Made by a program: the position numbers and the translations under genes
Shown: positions 57,035 through 64,000 of the stretch, in pieces
Position numbering within the stretch: position 1 is the first letter of the stretch
Layout of the letters: the number at the start of each line of letters is the position of its first letter
Notes under the pieces: model-generated
What the model saw: only the letters and a program-made list of their open reading frames with translations
The model's database searches: none
What the model was told of the DNA's origin: nothing
Assembly: GCA_020184695.1 (NCBI GenBank)
Contig: JAANOX010000033.1
Location: forward strand, 374,676 to 438,675
Origin: Histomonas meleagridis 2922-C6/04-290x
Lineage: Eukaryota > Protista > Parabasalia
Direction: 5' to 3'
Length of the DNA stretch: 64,000 bases

Positions 57035-57502
57035 TTGCAATATTGGGTATTTGCTGAAATTCGATATATAATGCATTATAAATTCACCATGCAAGGAAGA
57101 AATAAAAAAGGGGTATGGATTCTCCAACAGGATAACGCCCCAGCACATGTTTCCGGGGAGACAATGGATGTCTTGAACAGATTGTATGTCACGCTGTTAG
57201 AAAATTGGACTCCATATAGCCCAGACCTTAATATCATCGAAATGATCTGGGCTATAATGGAAATAAGAATTGAAAAGGAACAGCCGCAAACAATCATCCA
57301 GTTGATTTATGTGGTTAAAAATGTTTGGGATTCACTGAGTTATGAAACAATAAACGGACTAGTGGATGGAATGGAGCGTCGCCTGCAAGTGGTTAATCAG
57401 GATTATGGAAAAAAGATTTTCAGGTTGCCAAAAAGTGTGAGTGATCTGATTATATTAATTTCAATTAAAATCGAACTTTTTAATGAAAAACATGTATGTT
57501 GA
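57035..57502 (+). mobile_element. Tc1-type transposase C-terminal fragment (D35E spacing)
   Basis: LQQDNAPAH..WTPYSPDLNIIEMIW; 35 residues between the D and the E. Confidence 0.85.
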
Positions 57503-58212
57503 ACCGTTTAATTACAAATTTTGAGTCTAATATTGGTGAATTCGTCAGAAATAATCCGGCTAGTTTCGTTCAACCCACATGTCGGCTACTATAAGTATTT
57601 CAACAAATCCCTACTTTTGATTTGTGGTCATATTGGCATCAAAACAATAAAAGATGGCCAAAATTACACTCAATTGAAATGGATATATATATCATATACC
57701 TGCTTCCTCTGCTTCGAGTGAACGCTAATTTAGTAAAGCCAAAAAAATTGGCAATAGTATGCGTTTGGCAATGTCACCTGAAAAACTTGAAGATTAAATA
57801 ATGGTCGCAAATAATACTCAAATTGCCAAGGGAATTTTATCAATGATTAAAACATAAACCCATAAAAACCTCCATATTTTTTTCAATAACCTAACCCTAG
57901 AAAGTAATTTTTTGATATTAGTAAATCTCTTTTTCGATAATCTAATACTCCAGACTTCCTAATATTATTTTGAAATATCGAATTATTAATTGAATAACAT
58001 CTAATTGATTATCTGGAATAGAGATTATTTGTGTCGTTTGAAAGATTTTGAATATGAAGTAATATTGTTTGTTTTTGATTTTTCATGCGTTTTTTTGAAT
58101 TAAATAAATAATAATTTTGATATTAGGTGGAATAAACAAGATGTTTCATTAACTTTTTCAAAGAATAAACTCACCGTACCTATCAAATATTACATAATGA
58201 ATTTGACATCGA

Positions 58213-58900
58213 TTGAGTTGGTTCAGGAATCCTACAAAAATAAAGGCTGAACTTACACCAGAACAAATCCAAAAAAGAGTTACATTTGGTTATTCATTAT
58301 ATGTATGTGAAGTTGATTTTGATTCAATATTATTATCAGATGGATCTAGAATGTTCCTTCACCCAGATAAAAGAAATGTTCGGCGTAGAAGGGGTTCACA
58401 AAATCCAAACATATATTGCTCACAAAAGAAATTTTATCAATACATTATGGTATTTGGAATTATAGGAATTAATTACAAATCAAAATTAGTTTTTTCCAAC
58501 AATAAGTATTGATTCAGAACAGTATTGTTACAATCTGATTCAATCGGTTGTACTTAGAATTGCAGACATTCAATCAAAAATCTTACAGCAAGACGTAGTT
58601 ACTTCCCATACCTCATCACAAACAATTTCATGGCAAAAAATAACAATAAACTTAATAATTGTTTATTAAGCAACCTAACTCTCCGGATCTTTCACCAATC
58701 GAAAATGTATGGGAGTTAATGGAGAATTATATTACTCAAAATCATCCGACAAATATTAATGAGGTTAAAGCATTGAGTAGAGTACTGAGTACATAAACAA
58801 TGTTTTAACATATGAAACAATTAATGAACTCTGTTGAGGTTTTAAGCTTAGGATAAATGAAATGCTGCTTGAAAATGGAATAAATATCAATGATTTCATC
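58213..58900 (+). mobile_element. Degenerate Tc1-type transposase
   Basis: ILLSDGSR, IMVFGIIG, LQQDV..SHTS and SPDLSPIENVW, in broken frames. Confidence 0.75.
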
Positions 58901-59029
58901 AAAAAAATAAATAGTAAACATGTAAAATGATCGTTTTTTTGTATGCTTTACATATTAGATAATCGTCTTTTCTTAGATATATTACTCGAAATACACACAA
59001 TTGAATTAAGGTAGGAGTCTATCGTACTA

Positions 59030-59325
59030 CAATATATTTAGCATCAGTTTATATACAAAATAGACACCCACAAGGAAAGCTTTTTGATATAAGTGTAAGG
59101 ACATATAGAAGCAAATTACTATCATTTATGTCAAACCTAAATATTAACACATCAAAGCTTGCTACCCATAGTATTAGAAAAAGAGATGCCCATGCTGCAT
59201 CAATGGCGGGAATTTAAGATGTCGTCATTAAAGCACATGGCAGATAAGAATCAACGTGTTTTGCTCGATATACAGCTATCGATATGTCACAAGCTGGTTC
59301 AGCAATAAGTAAACAACAAATCTAG
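59030..59325 (+). mobile_element. Tyrosine-recombinase relic 2 (C-terminal catalytic part)
   Basis: LATHSIRKRDAHAASMAGI*DVVIKAHGR*ESTCFARY, homologous to relic 1, with two stops. Confidence 0.75.
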
Positions 59326-59342
59326 CAAATAAAACTATAATA

Positions 59343-60647
59343 TAGGGTGTTCCACCCCAACCGTAGTATCTCTTTATATAGTAGAATAGATACAACAATA
59401 TTTTCTATATAAATAAAAACACTAAATTTAATGGGTTTTATTTTTTATTTAAAAATATTTTTTTGTCATGTCTATCATTAACTAATAGTCGATTTTTCTT
59501 CAATTGAATGCAAAAAAATGACGTTTAAAATTTTTACCCCACCATAATGGAGCTTGATCAAAAATCAATCACGATATATCTTGCGATGAAGGGAATGTCA
59601 GCAAAAGAAATTCATACTGAAATGGAGACCATATTGGGGGAAGAATGCATTTCATACTCAACAGTCTGTAAATACCTCAGACGTAAGAGTTTTAGTCAAA
59701 CAATGTCACCTAACATTAGTGAACCGATTACCCCTATTGACGAAAATGTTGATTTATAAATTTTGAAAATTTTAGATAAATTTCCATATGCTTCAGTAAA
59801 GCAAATAGCTAAGTTAACAGAGATTCCAAACACTACTGTATATAGGTATTGTGCTGAAAAGCTTGGATATGAAAATAAATCTTTAAAATGGGTTCCACAT
59901 TTACTTACGGAAGATATTAAAATTCAAAGAGTCACTAAATCAATCCAACTTTTAAAGACATTAATAATTGCAAAACATAACAGTTATAGATATTTTGTAA
60001 CAGATGACGAGTCCTGGTTTTATTATGATTATTATTATGTTCGATAATGGATACCACGAGGAACACCACGATATACAATAAGCAAAAAGACTATTACTCA
60101 AAAAAAAAAAAAATGTTGACAATTTTTTGGAATCCCCACGAATTTATTGATATTGACTTTTTTTCAAAGGGTGAAACATTTAATTCACAATATTATGTAA
60201 AATATTTTTTATCAAAACTTTCCAAAAAAAATGGTACAAACTTAAAAAAGGACACAAGAAAAATTACTGTACATGCCGACAATGCAAAACCGCATACGTC
60301 GAGATTCACAACTTTATATATGGACTCCAACTAGTACAAAAAGGTACCTCATCCTCCCTACTCCCCAGATATAGCTCCTTCAGACTTTTTCCTTTTCGGA
60401 TATGTAAAAGGAAAAATGGAAGGATATCAATATGAGAGTAGAGAAAGTGTTGAAGACAAAGTGACTTCAATTTTATTAAATATACCGAAAAATACTTTGC
60501 AAAGCGTTTTTGACGAATGGGAAAAAAGACTGAATAAGGTTATTGAAACAAATGGATGGTATATTTAAGAAACATTTCATTTTTATTAATAAATTTGAAA
60601 AAACTTTAAAAATTAGTGAGATACTACGGTTGGGGTGGAACATCGTA
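59343..60647 (+). mobile_element. Full-length 1305-bp mariner (DD34D) with 30-bp TIRs and TA TSD; transposase 59547-60568 inactivated
   Basis: Left TA|TAGGGTGTTCCACCCCAACCGTAGTATCTC; the right end is its reverse complement with 2 mismatches. WVPHLLT, VTDDESWF, HADNAKPH and HPPYSPDIAPSD with 34 residues between the Ds; two in-frame stops and one frameshift. Confidence 0.93.
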
Positions 60648-61266
60648 TACATTAAAGAAGAATTTAATTCAATATGCAATGAAATTAAAAATGAAGCATA
60701 TATGCATTATGCAAATTATGATTATAATTCAATAAATGACGCAGGTAAAATTAATGGAATGTCTAATTAGTTAATAGTTATTTCAAATTCTTTAGCACTA
60801 TTACTTAAACATCTTATATTAACGCTAGATAAAATATGCACATCATATCGCCCAACAAGATGGTTCAATACATTTAGAATTTGTGAATGGACAATTAAAA
60901 TGAATAAATAAAATTAATTATACTTCATTTTTTTTCTTTGCTGAACATACACTTTTTTTTGAGAGGTCTATTTTGCAACCGGCACACATTACTATTCGTT
61001 CAAAAAGTGATATAAATGGCCAGACAGACTTCACAAAATCATTTTAGTGAATCATGCAAAAAGTCATTTTTTGGGCTGAGCCCCTTATCATAGTAAATCA
61101 TTGAATCCACTCTGAACGATGGGCAGGGTTTGATCGTCATATATTGAAAAAGCTACGCTTTTTCAATATATTACGAGCAAAACCGCTCGAGTCGATGGCG
61201 CTCGCAACTTCCCCAAAAAATCATAAGCTAAAAGGAATAATTCTCATCAAAAAGTGACATACTTTA

Positions 61267-62047
61267 ATGCTCACATCAAACAAAAATGGTATGCCTACTA
61301 TAAAGCACTTGTTACAAATGATCCCTCATTCTGCAATTGATTTTTCAATTTTCAAAGGCGTTTTTTCAAAAGCAATGGAATGCAAAAAATGTCATAAAAT
61401 TTTATACCTCAGTAACAATCAATTTCGTTGTAGAGATTGTAATAAACAACAATCAATCACAATTGGGACAATATTTGAAAATTGTTCGATACCTTTTGAC
61501 ATGGTTTTAATGATTGCTTATTATTGGCTTTTGAAAACCTCAACAACATCAATCTTCTCAATAACAGGATTATCTTCAACAACAGTTTGCAAATATATAC
61601 AAAAATTCGAAAAAATTGTCTCGTGCATGGATCAAAATCAAGAAGAAAAAATCGGTGGTGAAGGTATTATAGTAGAATTAAATGAATTTAAATATGGAAA
61701 AAGAAAATATAATATAGGGTACATAGTAGAAGGTGTCTGGGTTGTTGGTGGCGTAGAAAGAACAAAAGAACGCAAAATATCCGCATTAAATGTTACGTCT
61801 AGAGACAAGGATATACTTAAAATTATATTCAATAATATAAACAATAATATCAGATCATGTTATGCCTGGTTCGATTATTTATACCGATGCATGGAAAGCT
61901 TATGCTCCTGCAATCGAAGAGTTAAACACATACCAAAATACAAATATTAAAAATTATATTGTGAATCATAATACAAAACACACACACACACAGCGCTATG
62001 TGAGCTTCGTGCTACGCACTCGCTCCCACTCGCGCTACATAAACTAA
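61267..62047 (+). mobile_element. Second Merlin/ISXO2-like transposase, degenerate and 3'-truncated
   Basis: CKKC..FRCRDC zinc ribbon, IGGEGIIVELNE..GKRKYN.G, VWVVGGVER and PGSIIYTDAWKAY..VNH. Catalytic D changed to N; frameshift near 61860. Confidence 0.85.
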
Positions 62048-62162
62048 AGGATGAACGGTGTAAACGCGATTGATTTTCATAAATCGGTTGGTTTTGATTG
62101 AAAGTAATTAAATATATTTAAATTCATGATGACATTTATTTTTTAAATGTGTGAGGCATGAC

Positions 62163-62193
<31 letters not shown>

Positions 62194-62328
62194 AAAAGTT
62201 ATTAGCTAAAGGAAATTCGGAAAAGCTGAATGAGTTTCTCCATTTTAGTGATTTGACGTGAATATTGCATGTTTACTGGAGCTGATGATGATAACGGATG
62301 AGTTGTTGTTAATGCTATGTGGAAAGTT

Positions 62329-62672
62329 GTGTTTGGAGCTTAAAGTTGTTATTAACTGAGGTTTTGAACTCAAAAAGTACCTTTTAATTTTCAAAGGTGA
62401 TTTTTTAACCCTTTTTTTGAACCCTCAACGAAACGGAGAAAATAAGCATTTTTTGAAGGATTTAACGCAAAAGTTGACGGTTGATATATCGGTAAGAATT
62501 TGTTGTTAATCCTATGTGGATTTTAGTGTTTGGAGCTTAAAGTTGTTATTAACTGAGATTTTGAATGTAAAAAGTACCTTTTAATTTTTCAAAGGTGATT
62601 TTTTAACTATTTTTTTGAACCCTCAACGAAACGGAGAAAATGAGCATTTTTTGAAGGCTTTAACGCAAAAAG
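62329..62672. repeat. Two direct copies (~150 bp, period ~197 bp) of an AT-rich repeat
   Basis: gtgtttggagcttaaagttgttattaactgag...gaaccctcaacgaaacggagaaaa occurs at about 62329 and again at about 62526. Confidence 0.8.
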
Positions 62673-63258
62673 TTGAATGACAAAAATAAATTATTTTTAA
62701 ACGAAACCGTAAAGTTTTTTGAATTTTTGAATAATAAAGTGCAAAACTTGAATTATTAGTATCTCTGCAATAAACATGAGCAGAACCGCGCTTATCATAA
62801 CAGATTGTTAATTTTCTGAATTTAATACCGTTCCAAAAGTAAAACGCATCTGTTTTATCATCATAATAATAATCTTCTAATTGATGATTGCCATACTTAT
62901 TAACTTCAATTGAATCCTCGTTGATTTCGTCGAAGAATTCAAAGTCTTTTCCTTTACCTGAACTTTTATTTTTTAGATTTTCTGACTGATAAACCCAACG
63001 GAGATTTGAAACGTGATTGTTTGAACGATTGTGATCTATGTGATCTATAAAAGGTTTGTCATCAGGATTTGGAATAAATTGTAATGCAACAATACGATGT
63101 TTAAGATATAATTTTCTGTTTAATTTACATGCAATATATCCGGTAGTTTTAATTGAAAATTCTTTAATGATTTTTTTATCATTTTTTCTTCTAATGGCAT
63201 AAGGGTATTCTGTGTTAATCTCATAATTTCGGTTTAGAACACAAGTTTTCCAACTCAT
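62623..63258 (-). CDS. HNH endonuclease (HNH_3 type), probably mobile-element derived
   Basis: KHRIVALQFIPNPDDKPFIDHIDHNRSNNHVSNLRWV. The last codons look frameshifted: the alternative frame SKFKKLYGFV* ends near 62697. Confidence 0.88.
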   Translation of the reverse strand: MSWKTCVLNRNYEINTEYPYAIRRKNDKKIIKEFSIKTTGYIACKLNRKLYLKHRIVALQFIPNPDDKPFIDHIDHNRSNNHVSNLRWVYQSENLKNKSSGKGKDFEFFDEINEDSIEVNKYGNHQLEDYYYDDKTDAFYFWNGIKFRKLTICYDKRGSAHVYCRDTNNSSFALYYSKIQKTLRFRLKIIYFCHSTFCVKAFKKCSFSPFR

Positions 63259-64000
63259 TATTTTATTAAAAATAAAAAAATAAATTTTTTTAAAATTAGC
63301 TTTAATTTTTTATTTTGTAAAATCATCCGAAAAATGTTAATTTACTTCGTTTCGTTGAGGGTTCAAAAAAAGGGTTCACTTTTTTATTTTTTTAACCCTC
63401 AGAAATTTTGTGTCACTTTTCGAGTGTCACTTTTTGTGTAAAGGTCGTTTGTTCGATTCCCATCACCATTGAATTCAATTTTTGAACATTTTTTTACAAT
63501 TTCAAATAACATGTCTTTTCATAACATTTCCGAAAAATTCATTTCGCATAACATGTTTTTTCATTTCATATCACATGTCAGTTGATGAAAAATTAACGTT
63601 CTCGATAAAATCCGTTTACGCAAAATAAACGGACGGAGAAAATGACGATGGATGAGTTCTAACAACCGCTGAAAAAGTGAATTGTGAAAAATATACTTTT
63701 TTTAACGGTTTTCAAAAAAATTTTCTTAACGGTTTTCTGTTTGATTTTTGGTATAAATTAACGGACGGAGAAAATGACGGTTGATGAATTTTAACGGTCG
63801 AGTAATTGTTGTAAAATGTGTTGTAAAAAATATTCGAATAGATAAAGAAAAATATCTACGATGAATGGCAAATGTAAAAATTTTTGAATTGACATTGAAT
63901 TTAGTGGCAAAACGATTAATAATTGAATGAGTACTGAAAAATTGGCGGGCAAAATGATTTGAATGAGTTCTGAAAAAGTTAATTTTGCATTGAAATCTTA

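Noticed and set aside
1-64000. rRNA, tRNA or snRNA genes
   Set aside because: No cloverleaf or conserved rRNA/snRNA signature was recognised by eye; a tRNAscan/Infernal run would be needed to exclude them.

Overview
AT-rich eukaryotic DNA with the standard genetic code, almost certainly from a parabasalid (trichomonad-type) protist. The basis is inference from family content: BspA-like LRR, GP63/leishmanolysin, DUF3447-ankyrin, an IBD-like protein, and one GTATGT...ACTAACTCATAG intron. Positions 1-39.5 kb are gene-dense, with RSP4/6, an IBD-like gene, Ap4A phosphorylase, an LRR protein, Rab7-like, Kelch, GP63, DH-PH-FYVE, TTI1, Sin3 and a GH13 amylase. Positions 40-64 kb are a DNA-transposon graveyard (Tc1/mariner, MULE, pogo-like, Merlin/ISXO2, two tyrosine-recombinase relics, HNH) with two intact host genes (TMEM62-like, UBXN11-like). 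The most striking feature is three ankyrin arrays totalling 35 modules. Each ~90-nt, frame-intact ankyrin module is separated from the next by a conserved ~80-nt AT-rich spacer. The spacer breaks the frame, often carries a stop, sits exactly where the D-x-x-G-x-T hairpin should be, and lacks the canonical splice signals that a normal intron in the same window does have. This suggests an uncharacterised processing or recoding mechanism, or a repeat-amplified relic. No rRNA, tRNA or CRISPR was seen. All protein identities come from motif recognition by eye; no database search was run.
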